Counted from the stretch's first letter, positions 16,448 to 27,741 are shown. The stretch is DNA of 64,000 nucleotides from Patescibacteria group bacterium (GCA_041649715.1 JBAZMP010000001.1:309287-373286), one strand, 5' to 3'. Notes: generated by a model not told the origin, from the sequence alone. Translations and numbers: made by a program.

Positions 16448-17311
16448 ATGCCAAACCAACCTCAAATTAATCCGCCAAAGGAAAAACGCCCTCAAAAAAC
16501 CAGCTTGCTGGCCATTCTTATTTTGGTCGCCGTTCTGCTCGGCGCGATCATTGTCGCCGGCTATTTCTATTTTGTTCCGGCGGACAGGGAAAACAAAAAT
16601 GCCAGCCAGGCGGCGGAAAACTCTAATATTAATGTAAATTTAAATAATAATGAAAATCAGAATAATAATTCAAATAATAGCGCTAGCGCAAATGAGGTAA
16701 AGACAGCCATTGGCTTGGTCAGCTTAAGCTGTGCCACGAAATCTGACTGTGTGTTAATTGGTAAAGAGAAAGATTATGATTGTTGCGGCATTGGTAGTTG
16801 CCTCGACTATTCTCAGGGGATTTGGGTGGCGGTGAATAATCGTTCTTTCCAAGAAATTATCGAGCGACATAATTGTAATATAGCCTGCCCTGATAATATG
16901 GAGGTATGTTTTTATAATGATTATTATGAAGTAGGATGCCAGAATAACCGCTGTCAAACGATAAAAGTAACTAAGACTACTGAAAATTCCGATTCAAATG
17001 AAATAAGTGTAATCGGCGGTCAGGTGAGTTTGAGTTGTTCTTCAAAGCAAGATTGTCGATTGATTGACAAAGAAAAGGACTATACCGTTTGTTGTTCTCA
17101 ATATTCTCAACCGGACTATACCAAAGGGATTTGGGTAGCGGTCAATAGTAGTTCTTTCCAAAAAATTGTTGGCTCTAACAGCGCCTGCAAATTGAAAGTC
17201 TGCCCGGATAATATGGAAGTATATTATAGCGGTAATGTTCCGTATGAAGTGGCATGCCAGAATAACCGCTGTCAAACGATAAAAATAAACAGGACTATTG
17301 TTGAGTATTAA
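16448..17311 (+). CDS. Signal-anchored secreted protein with a tandem duplicated 8-Cys domain
   Basis: 287 aa. The leader is about 92 percent identical at the DNA level to that of 15147..16421. There are two roughly 90-aa repeats (VSLSC..DC.LI.KEKDY..CC......GIWVAVN..SFQ.I......C....CPDNMEV.Y......EV.CQNNRCQTIK). Confidence 0.65.
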   Translation: MPNQPQINPPKEKRPQKTSLLAILILVAVLLGAIIVAGYFYFVPADRENKNASQAAENSNINVNLNNNENQNNNSNNSASANEVKTAIGLVSLSCATKSDCVLIGKEKDYDCCGIGSCLDYSQGIWVAVNNRSFQEIIERHNCNIACPDNMEVCFYNDYYEVGCQNNRCQTIKVTKTTENSDSNEISVIGGQVSLSCSSKQDCRLIDKEKDYTVCCSQYSQPDYTKGIWVAVNSSSFQKIVGSNSACKLKVCPDNMEVYYSGNVPYEVACQNNRCQTIKINRTIVEY

Positions 17312-17317
17312 AGAATA

Positions 17318-17368
17318 TGGACCGAATATTCACTTCGCAAACCTTAGACAAGGTAGACAAAAAATAAA
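17318..17368 (+). pseudogene. Remnant duplicate of the aspS 5' end (encodes MDRIFTSQTLDKVDKK then a stop)
   Basis: About 50 of 55 nt identical to 18660..18714, the true aspS start. Confidence 0.7.
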
Positions 17369-17376
17369 TAAAATTT

Positions 17377-18648
17377 ATGTTAAATCAAATTCAACAAAAT
17401 CAGCCTAACCAAAAGAAGCCGAAAAAAAGTCTCGCTCCAATATTAACTCTCGGTTTCATCGCCGCCCTTTTAATAGCGGCCATGTCTTTTGGGTACGTGA
17501 AATACATCAAGAATGGGAACGAGAATGCGAACAATTCAGTGGCCTGCACCATGGAGGCCAAGCTCTGTTCGGACGGCTCGGCCGTTGGCCGCGTGCCGCC
17601 TACTTGCGAGTTCGCGCCCTGCCCCAATGAAAATGGGAATTCAAATGTTAATTTAAATGCCAATGTCTCGGTCAATGCCAATGAAAATTTGAATACCAAC
17701 ACAGCGGTCAGCGAAGTAGAAAAATGGCAGAATTATCAACTGGAATACGATAAATTTGGCAAGCTCACTTCTTTTTCCTATAAGTATACCTATAATCAAC
17801 AGACAAAGATTGTTACTCCATTTGATATCGCATTATATCGCGGCTCGGTGACTCCTTATGGTGTTATTTTTTTTAAAGTCGGAGAAATGAGGCAAGCCAC
17901 GGGTACGAATATCGGAGAATTTAGCTATGAATACGGTATCAATCCGGATTTTCAATTGTTTAATTATCAGACCCAGTCTTTTAAATCATTGCCGGCTTTT
18001 TCTTTGAAACTGGCCGGAAGCCAATTTGAAAGAATTTACGCCCTGCATTTTTCCGCGACCGAACCAAAGATATTGGTTGAAATCGGAGAATACGATACCA
18101 GTAGCTCTCATTTCGAGCCGGGACTGGTAGAAAGCCAGCCGGTGAAGACCCACGGGGTGGTCTATGACGTCGTCACCAACCAGTATTTGACCGGCGACCC
18201 CTTGACGATCTATTTAGATCTGATCGGCCAAACCACGACATTGTGGAACGGTATGTCCTGGGATAGTCTGCACCAGATCGCGGTGGCGGCGCCGGGCGGG
18301 GAAGGATGTGGCGCTTATAATTCTTTGACAGTTGTCTACCTGGATCAAGAAAGAGCCGTGACCGTCGGCGGTGAAGGCAGTTTCAATTTTAAAAAAGAAA
18401 TATGCAACCCAAGTAACGGGGTAAGCCCTGATCGTAAATGGTTTGTTTTAGATGGATGCAATAACGAAAATAAATTCGACGTCAATCTCTTTAATTACGC
18501 CAGTTTTCCTGAGCCAATTCTAAAAAAACTCTCCATCTCGGTTTCGAATAATAATGTTTGTCATGTTTATGTGAAAGAATGGAATATCAGTCAGACCTAC
18601 CCGATCATTACTTTTAATGACGGCACGATTATTAATTTTAACGAATAA
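17377..18648 (+). CDS. Signal-anchored secreted protein of unknown function (Asn-rich linker)
   Basis: 423 aa. An N-terminal TM anchor is followed by NGNSNVNLNANVSVNANENLNTN and a large globular domain. The gene is flanked by the aspS-start direct repeats. Confidence 0.6.
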   Translation: MLNQIQQNQPNQKKPKKSLAPILTLGFIAALLIAAMSFGYVKYIKNGNENANNSVACTMEAKLCSDGSAVGRVPPTCEFAPCPNENGNSNVNLNANVSVNANENLNTNTAVSEVEKWQNYQLEYDKFGKLTSFSYKYTYNQQTKIVTPFDIALYRGSVTPYGVIFFKVGEMRQATGTNIGEFSYEYGINPDFQLFNYQTQSFKSLPAFSLKLAGSQFERIYALHFSATEPKILVEIGEYDTSSSHFEPGLVESQPVKTHGVVYDVVTNQYLTGDPLTIYLDLIGQTTTLWNGMSWDSLHQIAVAAPGGEGCGAYNSLTVVYLDQERAVTVGGEGSFNFKKEICNPSNGVSPDRKWFVLDGCNNENKFDVNLFNYASFPEPILKKLSISVSNNNVCHVYVKEWNISQTYPIITFNDGTIINFNE

Positions 18649-18659
18649 AATATAAAATA

Positions 18660-20039
18660 ATGGACCGCATTTTCACTTCGCAAACCTTAGACAAGGTCGA
18701 TAAAAAAATAAAGCTGGCCGGCTGGGTGCACCGGACGCGCCGGATGGGCTCGATCGTTTTTATTGACCTGCGCGACCGCGAAGGCCTGATCCAGGTGGTT
18801 TTTGACAAGCATTTTAAAGAAGCCCGGGAATTGCGGCCGGAATTTGTCATTGAGTTGGAGGGTAAAGTAGTCAAGCGCGAATTAAAAAATATCAATACGG
18901 ATTCGCCGACCGGCGAAATAGAGGTGCAGGCCACAAGCCTGAAAGTGCTGGCCAAAGCGAAGACTCCGCCTTTTGAAATTGAAAATGAAGAGCGGCAGGC
19001 CAGCGAGGAATTAAGGCTTAAATACCGCTATCTGGATCTGCGGCACGAAAGAATGAAAAAGAACCTGATCTTGCGCCACAAAGTGATCAAATTCATCCGC
19101 GACTGGCTTTCTACCTCCGGTTTTATGGAAATTGAAACGCCGCTTTTGACCAAGGGCACGCCGGAAGGGGCCAGAGAGTACATCGTCCCTTCCCGCAATT
19201 TTGCCGGCCAATTCTATGTCCTGCCGCAAAGCCCCCAGCAGTTCAAGCAATTGCTGATGGTGGCGGGCTTGGAAAAATATTTCCAGATCGCCAGATGCTT
19301 CCGCGATGAAGACGCCAGGGGAGACCGGCAGGCGGAATTTACCCAATTAGACTTGGAAATGTCCTTTGTCTCCCAGGAAGATATATTGAAGCTTTCCGAG
19401 GAATTGTTCATTCAGCTGGTCCAAAAAATCTGTCCGGAGAAAAAGATCGCCAAGATTCCTTTTCCGCGCTTAAGTTATGATGAGTCCATGAAAAAGTATA
19501 AAAGCGACAAGCCGGATCTGCGGAAGAATAAAAAAGACAATAACGAACTGGCTTTTGCCTGGGTTTTGAATCCTCCGCTTTTTGAAAAAAGCGTGACGGA
19601 AAAAAAGTGGGTTTCCACCCACCATCCTTTTACTATGCCGGTCGAGGATGATATTGAATTATTAGATAAAGAGCCAAAAAAAGTTAAAGCGCAATCCTAT
19701 GATATAGTTTTAAATGGTTTTGAAATCGGTACCGGGAGTGTCAGAATCCACGAGGCTTCCTTACAGTACAAAATATTCCAAATTTTGGGTCTGAACGAAA
19801 AAGAGATCCAGGAGCGCTTCGGCCATATGCTGGAGGCTTTTTCCTACGGCGTGCCGCCGCACGCGGGCATCGCCCCGGGTTTAGACAGGTTAGTCATGAT
19901 ATTGGCCGGCGAGCCGAATATCCGGGAAGTGATCGCTTTCCCCAAGACCGCCGATGCCCGAGATTTAATGATGGGAGCACCGTCGGAGTTACCTGAGAGT
20001 CAGGTTAAAGAGGCATATATTAAGAAACTGAAAAATTAA
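18660..20039 (+). CDS. aspS: Aspartate--tRNA ligase (short form lacking the bacterial GAD insertion)
   Basis: 459 aa. Motif 2 is FQIARCFRDEDARGDRQAEFTQLDLEMSF. The GSVRIHE motif is present. Motif 3 is PPHAGIAPGLDRLVMILAGEPNIREVIAFPKT. Confidence 0.85.
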   Translation: MDRIFTSQTLDKVDKKIKLAGWVHRTRRMGSIVFIDLRDREGLIQVVFDKHFKEARELRPEFVIELEGKVVKRELKNINTDSPTGEIEVQATSLKVLAKAKTPPFEIENEERQASEELRLKYRYLDLRHERMKKNLILRHKVIKFIRDWLSTSGFMEIETPLLTKGTPEGAREYIVPSRNFAGQFYVLPQSPQQFKQLLMVAGLEKYFQIARCFRDEDARGDRQAEFTQLDLEMSFVSQEDILKLSEELFIQLVQKICPEKKIAKIPFPRLSYDESMKKYKSDKPDLRKNKKDNNELAFAWVLNPPLFEKSVTEKKWVSTHHPFTMPVEDDIELLDKEPKKVKAQSYDIVLNGFEIGTGSVRIHEASLQYKIFQILGLNEKEIQERFGHMLEAFSYGVPPHAGIAPGLDRLVMILAGEPNIREVIAFPKTADARDLMMGAPSELPESQVKEAYIKKLKN

Positions 20040-20067
20040 ACAAAATAATTTTAGAATATTGCTAATT

Positions 20068-20195
20068 ATAAATTTCAAATTACAAATCTCAAGTTCCAAA
20101 TAAATTCCAATGACCAAAATTTCAAACTTTTTAAACTATCTGGTGTTTTGGTCATTTGATCATTGAAAGTTGGTGCTTGGAATTTGGAATTTGTT
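20068..20195. repeat. Long palindromic hairpin of the AAATYC family after aspS
   Basis: ATTCCAATGACCAAAATTTCAAAC...GTGTTTTGGTCATTTGA...TTGGAATTTGGAATTT. The arms are reverse complements. Confidence 0.6.
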
Positions 20196-20280
20196 TGACT
20201 AATATTTACAAAATAGTCGTGAACATCTCAAAATTACAGAAATATATTCTTATCACGGCCTACCTAAACCGCGGCAAAAA

Positions 20281-20542
20281 AATGAGCCGAAAAGGGTTTG
20301 AGAAATTTTATTATTCATATAAAAACAAGCCGAAAAGAGAGGATATTCAGAATATCATTACCAAGTCTTCGGAGCGCCTGATAGACAAGGAAATGCTCGT
20401 CGGCTACGGCCGGAGGACGCCCCACAAATGGTTTATCGACGAGATAAGCCTGACCGCCAAAGGCAAAAGAACAGCCAAGAAAATGTTAGGGGAACAGCAG
20501 CAGCTTCCTTTTAAAATTAACACAAAGGGAAAAAAGAAATGA
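20281..20542 (+). CDS. Hypothetical small basic protein; start uncertain (the track ORF starts at 20156 inside the hairpin)
   Basis: MSRKGFEKFYY... (87 aa). It overlaps the next gene by 4 nt (ATGA). The upstream in-frame ATG at 20156 lies within the palindrome and is less likely. Confidence 0.4.
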
Positions 20543-22032
20543 AAAAAATCATCATTATTTTCGGCTTATTATTGATCCTGGTGCCGATTAAAACTTCCGC
20601 CGACGGGATGATTGTGCCGATGCCAGATTATTACATGTATGAATCCGACCAGCGGGCGGTCATTTTGTACGAAGGCGGCACCCAGACGGAAACCATGGTC
20701 TTGTCGGTTAAGTTCCAGGGCAATGCCAAAGATTTTGCCTGGATAATTCCCGTGCCGAACCAGCCGGAGATAACCAAGGGATCGGATACTTTGTTTACGG
20801 CTGTTTCGGAGTTGACACAAGGCAATTATTATAATTATTACGGTGCGTCCGAACTGGGCTTGGGCTCGACCCGGAATGTCACTCAAGATGTAAGCGTGGT
20901 CGAGACCAAAAAAGTCGATTATTACGATATCACGACGCTGACCTCTACTGATAGCCAGGCCTTAGTTAAGTGGCTGAACGACAACGGTTATCCGTATCCC
21001 GCCGGCAGTGAATATATTTTTAACAGTTACATTACCAATAACTGGTACTTTGTCGCCTTGAAGATCGACACCACCGCCCTGGCCGGTACGGCCGCCACCA
21101 CTGATCTAAGGGAGGGCCACGCCACCCCGCTCAAATTGACGTTTAAGGCCAAAAATTTGGTTTACCCTTTAAAAATCTCTTCTGTCGTTACGGAATCTAT
21201 CACTAAAAAAACCAATACCAATACGAATAACAACCTGAATACCAACAGCCCCTATATTTTGGAGGATACAAGCACCGGTCCGGCCGTCGATAGCGCCATT
21301 TATCCTTACTATCCTTCGCAGGTGAGCGTGGAGCTTTATATTCTGGCCGACCATAAAAAGACACTGGCGAATTTCACCACCGCTTACGGCAATTGGGTGA
21401 AAAAAAGCGTTATCGAAGATTGGGCGGCGAATGACCAGGGCGATCCCTTGCTTTCCCCCTCCCGGGACAAATATTTTTTGACCAAGCTGACCCGGCAAAT
21501 GACCTATTTCCAGATGAGCGAGGATCTGTTCCCGCGGGACGCCAGCGACAATAAGAAAGTGATCAGCGGCAGTCAGTATGATTGGCTGAATCTTGAAGTT
21601 ATCCTTATGTTCCTTTTGGCGGTCAGCCTGTACACGGTTTTTATCTTTGCCATCGGTATTTTTTCGCCCCTGGGTCTGGCCTTTGTTATTTTTACGCTGG
21701 TCCAGTTTAAGGCAAAGAGTAGGGCCTGGCGGATAATCGCCTGGATCGTTCAGATAGGAGTGACGGCGGTATATTATCTGGTTGCGGCCGTGATCATTCT
21801 CGCCTTTTTAGGCAGTCCATACGGTCTGGCCGAACTGCCCCGCAGCCTGATTTCCGGCGGTTACAGTTCCAGCGAATTTCTTTCCTCTGATAGTCTGATC
21901 TGGCTCTTTACCTTTTTGCTGCCCCTGGCCGTTTTCCTGGCCCTGCCGGTTTTGACCCTGGTCTGGCAGTCAAGATACCGGAAAAATCGGGCCTTAAAAC
22001 CCGCGGCCATTAACAATTTAAATAAAAAATAA
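20539..22032 (+). CDS. Secreted protein with a C-terminal 4-TM membrane domain, unknown function
   Basis: 497 aa. Signal peptide MKKIIIIFGLLLILVPIKTSA, a large extracytoplasmic domain with a TNTNTNNNLNTN linker, and C-terminal hydrophobic helices. Confidence 0.6.
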   Translation: MKKIIIIFGLLLILVPIKTSADGMIVPMPDYYMYESDQRAVILYEGGTQTETMVLSVKFQGNAKDFAWIIPVPNQPEITKGSDTLFTAVSELTQGNYYNYYGASELGLGSTRNVTQDVSVVETKKVDYYDITTLTSTDSQALVKWLNDNGYPYPAGSEYIFNSYITNNWYFVALKIDTTALAGTAATTDLREGHATPLKLTFKAKNLVYPLKISSVVTESITKKTNTNTNNNLNTNSPYILEDTSTGPAVDSAIYPYYPSQVSVELYILADHKKTLANFTTAYGNWVKKSVIEDWAANDQGDPLLSPSRDKYFLTKLTRQMTYFQMSEDLFPRDASDNKKVISGSQYDWLNLEVILMFLLAVSLYTVFIFAIGIFSPLGLAFVIFTLVQFKAKSRAWRIIAWIVQIGVTAVYYLVAAVIILAFLGSPYGLAELPRSLISGGYSSSEFLSSDSLIWLFTFLLPLAVFLALPVLTLVWQSRYRKNRALKPAAINNLNKK

Positions 22033-22035
22033 TCT

Positions 22036-22572
22036 ATGGTCCAATATTACATCCCGGAAAAGAAGGCGGCCGAGGAAAAATCCAAAATGGAGAAAAAGAA
22101 AAAAGACGAAATATACTCCTGGAGCATTTTTTTCGGCGTGCTTCTGACGGTCGTTCTCATCACCCTTTATGAAAAAACAATGCTCGATCTGCCCCGTTTT
22201 TTCAACCCCTATTATCAGGATTGCCATCGGGCCAACCTGATCCTTTGTGAGACGATCAAGTATGAGGCGGCCCGTCTGTTCTTGTTTTTGGCGATAGTTG
22301 CCCCTCTTCTGGTCATCGCCTTGATTTTGTATCTGGCCGGCCGAAAAAAACCGGTCAAAAGCCAGTCCAAGATCCTGAAAAGGGCTTATTACATTTCGGT
22401 CCTGGTCGTGGCCTCTCATCTGTTTATCGCCTTCGCCCTTTTCCTTTTTCGCCATTACCGCGAGATCGGCGTTTATGTCATCTTGGGCTGTTTTGCCCTC
22501 ACGTTCATCATTCTGATCATTTGGCTGCAGCGGCGGCACAACCGGCCGAAAGAAGGCATTATTAATCAATAA
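22036..22572 (+). CDS. Hypothetical integral membrane protein
   Basis: 178 aa with four predicted TM helices. The overlapping minus-strand ORF is charged low-complexity and was rejected. Confidence 0.5.
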   Translation: MVQYYIPEKKAAEEKSKMEKKKKDEIYSWSIFFGVLLTVVLITLYEKTMLDLPRFFNPYYQDCHRANLILCETIKYEAARLFLFLAIVAPLLVIALILYLAGRKKPVKSQSKILKRAYYISVLVVASHLFIAFALFLFRHYREIGVYVILGCFALTFIILIIWLQRRHNRPKEGIINQ

Positions 22573-22585
22573 CTATCTCAAATCT

Positions 22586-23083
22586 ATGTCCATCCCCGCT
22601 AAAATTAAAAATTATCTGACAAAAAACAAGCTTAAATTCGAGATCTTAAAGCATAAAACGGTATTTACCGCCTACGATCTCGCCCAGACGACCAGAACCA
22701 AGCTGGCTGAAATCGGCAAGACGCTCTTTGTCAAAGCGGACAAAGATTATTATCTGGTGGTTTTGCCGGCTCACCGGCGGCTGAACATCCCCAAGCTGAA
22801 AGGTCTTTTAAAGGCGAAGAAGATCAGCATCGCAAGAGAAAATGAGATGAAGACCAAGCTTGGGATAAAACCCGGCGCCATCACCCCCTTTGGCAGCCTC
22901 TATAAGATCTCCATCGTCATGGACAAATCGCTGGCCAAGGCGCAGAAAGCCTTGTTCGGGGCGGGCAGTTTCACGGAAAGCCTAAGGTTTAAACTGAAGG
23001 ATTACATCAAGTTTGAAAAACCGATCACCGGTGACGTGGGGGAGGCCTCGGACCTTAAATTGCAGGTAAAAAAGAAAAAATAA
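22586..23083 (+). CDS. YbaK/ProX-family aminoacyl-tRNA deacylase-like protein
   Basis: 165 aa. It follows the YbaK pattern: an N-terminal L..N.I.F...H, KTLFVK.D.....VV.P, and GIKPGAITPFG. Confidence 0.5.
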   Translation: MSIPAKIKNYLTKNKLKFEILKHKTVFTAYDLAQTTRTKLAEIGKTLFVKADKDYYLVVLPAHRRLNIPKLKGLLKAKKISIARENEMKTKLGIKPGAITPFGSLYKISIVMDKSLAKAQKALFGAGSFTESLRFKLKDYIKFEKPITGDVGEASDLKLQVKKKK

Positions 23084-23302
23084 AGGGAAAAATGAGGGAA
23101 AAGTTGAAAATCTGCGGGGCCGGTTTTTCGAGCCTGCCCGCGCGCTACGGCCGGAGAGCCCGGGCGTATTTTAAAAAGACCTTGGCATGTACCAAGCCAT
23201 CCGCCTTAGCCGGCTGAACAAAAAATCCCGGCATCACTTCCGGCCTTAATAAGCTGCGTCGGCATCGTTTTTCCAAAATGGCCACGTTAAAAATATCTTG
23301 CC

Positions 23303-24010
23303 ATGTACAAAATTAAGATCGAACAATTTGAGGGGCCGCTGGACTTATTGCTTCAGCTAATAGAGGAGCAGAAACTGGAAATTACCCAGGTGTCCTTATC
23401 AACCGTTACCGAACAGTATATCGCGATTCTGGACCAGAATACGTCCATCCCGCCCGAAGAGCTGGCGGATTTTCTGGTGGTGGCGGCCAAGCTTTTGTTC
23501 ATTAAATCAAGGGCCTTGTTGCCCTATTTGTCGCCCGACGAGGAAGACTTAGGCAGCGAGCTTGAACAGCAGCTTAAGATGTACCGGCTTTTTTACGAGG
23601 CCTCCAGGGTCATCCATAAGATGATCCTCAAAAAAAGGTTCTGTTTTTACCGGGAGACCAGCCGTCTGATCATCCCCGTCTTCATTCCGCCGGAAAACAT
23701 CACCGTCCGGGATCTGGGACATTTTTTTCGGGCGATTTTACGTGAGATCGAGCCGATTATCGAGATTCCCAGACAGGCGATGCACCGGACCATTTCTATC
23801 CGCGAGAAGATCAGCCAGATCAAGGAATTTATCTTCCAAAGCGAAGGCCTCAATTTCAAGAATTTGATCAAAGAAGCCAAATCCCGGACGGAAATCATCG
23901 TTACCTTTCTGGCTTTGCTGGAGCTGGTCAAGCAGCGGGACATCGCCGTTTGCCAAAACAGTATTTTTTGTGATATTAACATTAAAAAAATTAATCCATC
24001 AATAACATGA
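23303..24010 (+). CDS. scpA: Segregation and condensation protein A
   Basis: 235 aa. The N-terminus MYKIKIEQFEGPLDLLLQLIEEQKLEITQVSL is the ScpA signature. The gene overlaps scpB by 4 nt. Confidence 0.8.
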   Translation: MYKIKIEQFEGPLDLLLQLIEEQKLEITQVSLSTVTEQYIAILDQNTSIPPEELADFLVVAAKLLFIKSRALLPYLSPDEEDLGSELEQQLKMYRLFYEASRVIHKMILKKRFCFYRETSRLIIPVFIPPENITVRDLGHFFRAILREIEPIIEIPRQAMHRTISIREKISQIKEFIFQSEGLNFKNLIKEAKSRTEIIVTFLALLELVKQRDIAVCQNSIFCDINIKKINPSIT

Positions 24011-24639
24011 GTTTAAAAACAAAAATCGAAAGCCTACTCTTTGTTTCTTTAAGGCCGCTTTCTTCAACCAAGATCGCCGAACTTTTGGCGGCCGAAAAAG
24101 GGGAAGTGGAGACCGCTCTTGAAGATCTAAAAACCGAGATGAACGGAAGCGAACGCGGAATAACGCTGATGCAACTGGGGACAAAATATCAGCTTTCGAC
24201 TTCTCCGGACAACTCAAAGATCGTCCGGCAGTATCTCAAAGACGAGCAAACCGGCGAACTGACCCGTCCGGCCCTGGAAACCCTGACCATCATCGCTTAC
24301 CGGGGGCCCATCACCAAGGCCGATCTGGATGTCATCAGGGGCGTCAACTGCGCTCTTATTCTGCGCAACCTGATGATCAAGGGCCTGATAGAAGCGATTG
24401 AAGACAAGGCGAAAATGACCCATTATTACCAGGTGACTTTTGATTTTTTGAAATTTCTGGGGTTGGCTGAAGCGAAAGAGCTGCCTGACTTTGAAAAACT
24501 TAATAAGGACGAGAATCTTTTTAAACTTCTCCATCCGGACTCATCGCTTCCCCAGGGCGGGCCGGAAGAAGCGGCAAAAAAACCTGAAAATAGCCCGCCA
24601 AATCCTGAAAGCCTTCCGGTCGATCCGGCTCAAACCTGA
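24007..24639 (+). CDS. scpB: Segregation and condensation protein B
   Basis: 210 aa. Winged-helix motifs IESLLFVS..PLS and LETLTIIAYRGPITKADLDVIRGVN. Confidence 0.8.
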   Translation: MSLKTKIESLLFVSLRPLSSTKIAELLAAEKGEVETALEDLKTEMNGSERGITLMQLGTKYQLSTSPDNSKIVRQYLKDEQTGELTRPALETLTIIAYRGPITKADLDVIRGVNCALILRNLMIKGLIEAIEDKAKMTHYYQVTFDFLKFLGLAEAKELPDFEKLNKDENLFKLLHPDSSLPQGGPEEAAKKPENSPPNPESLPVDPAQT

Positions 24640-24789
24640 TTTACAATCATTGAAAAATATTGTATATTAAAGACTGATTACGCCGCCTTTTTCCCAAGTT
24701 TTCTTAAGGACTTGACGAATAGACCTCTTTTAAAGCCATCATTCCGATCGACGGGGTGCGGCCGAGGGCGGCATTTTACGAATTTACCC

Positions 24790-25605
24790 ATGATTCAGAA
24801 AATCAAAGGCAAAAAATCTTCTGTTTCTCCCCTGGTCATTGCCAACTGGAAGATGAATCTTCTTTATCAGTCAACTGAAGAATTGATCATTGAATTGCGC
24901 GAAAAGCTGAAAAATTTCCACCACAAGTGCCATATTGTTGTTTGTCCCTCTTCCGTCTATCTGGACCGGGCCAGGCAATTACTGATCGCTTCAAAGATCG
25001 AGCTCGGGGCGCAGGACGCTTTTTGGGAGTTAACGGGCAATTACACCTCGCAGATTTCCGTCAATATGCTCAAGGAATTCTTCTGCCGGTACGTCATTAT
25101 CGGGCATTCCGAGCGTCGGCTTTACACCGGGGAAAACGACGAGATAGTCGACCGGAAAACGGTGACCGCCGTCCGGAACGGCCTGATCCCGATTGTCTGC
25201 GTCGGCGAGACACAGGAACAGCGGCGCGAAGGGGTCCAGGCCATGGTGATCGCCGACCAGGTGAAGAAAGCTCTGCGCTACGTCAATCCTCTGTTTCCGC
25301 ATGAGCGGATTATCATCGCTTATGAGCCGGTCTGGTCGATTTATCCCGGTCAGCCCTGTCATCCCGCCCAGGCGCGGGAAGTCGCCCTGATCGTCAGGCA
25401 GGCCCTGATCGACAGTTATCCCGAAAGCGTGGTTGATAATAACATAAAGATCGTTTACGGCGGCAGCGTCAACGAGACGAACGTAAATGATTATGCCGAC
25501 GGCAGTTTTTTCCAGGGTGTTTTGGTGGGCAACGCTTCGCTTCAAGCCGATAAACTTATAAAAATAATAAAAAATATCAGTCATAAAAAGATAGAAAGGA
25601 GATAA
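24790..25605 (+). CDS. tpiA: Triosephosphate isomerase
   Basis: PLVIANWKMN, IIGHSERR, AYEPVWSI and IVYGGSVN are present. The track ORF starts at 24712, but the in-frame ATG at 24790 gives a more typical N-terminus. Confidence 0.85.
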   Translation: MIQKIKGKKSSVSPLVIANWKMNLLYQSTEELIIELREKLKNFHHKCHIVVCPSSVYLDRARQLLIASKIELGAQDAFWELTGNYTSQISVNMLKEFFCRYVIIGHSERRLYTGENDEIVDRKTVTAVRNGLIPIVCVGETQEQRREGVQAMVIADQVKKALRYVNPLFPHERIIIAYEPVWSIYPGQPCHPAQAREVALIVRQALIDSYPESVVDNNIKIVYGGSVNETNVNDYADGSFFQGVLVGNASLQADKLIKIIKNISHKKIERR

Positions 25606-25611
25606 GCCGCC

Positions 25612-27533
<1,922 letters not shown>

Positions 27534-27558
27534 AATCTTTCGAAAGGAGGTGAATAAG

Positions 27559-27741
27559 TTGAAACTTACTTATCGTGTCTTGGCCGAGTCTTTGTGGTGG
27601 TTTGGTTTTATCTGCGCCATTTTTGGCGTGGTAACCGAAATCTCCGGCCAGCAAGTTTATCTTTCCTCGTATTTTTATCTGGAAATGGCGGTCGTCTCCT
27701 TTTTGGGCGGTATTCTGGTCGTGCTCAAGGAGCGGAAATAA
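27559..27741 (+). CDS. Hypothetical 2-TM small membrane protein
   Basis: A TTG start sits 5 nt after GGAGGTG. Two hydrophobic helices. Low support. Confidence 0.3.
   Translation: MKLTYRVLAESLWWFGFICAIFGVVTEISGQQVYLSSYFYLEMAVVSFLGGILVVLKERK

Noticed and set aside
22018-22569. Minus-strand 183-aa ORF
   Set aside because: It is the mirror of the plus-strand 4-TM membrane protein ORF, and its translation is charged low-complexity.
23084-23302. GC-rich intergenic stretch upstream of scpA, considered as a possible small RNA or riboswitch
   Set aside because: I could not recognise any known ncRNA signature (SRP, tmRNA, RNase P or 6S). It has only short local hairpins and may simply be the YbaK terminator plus the scpA promoter.
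24927-25584. ORFs 24927..25304 (+) and 25030..25584 (-) within tpiA
   Set aside because: These are alternative frames of a confidently identified gene.
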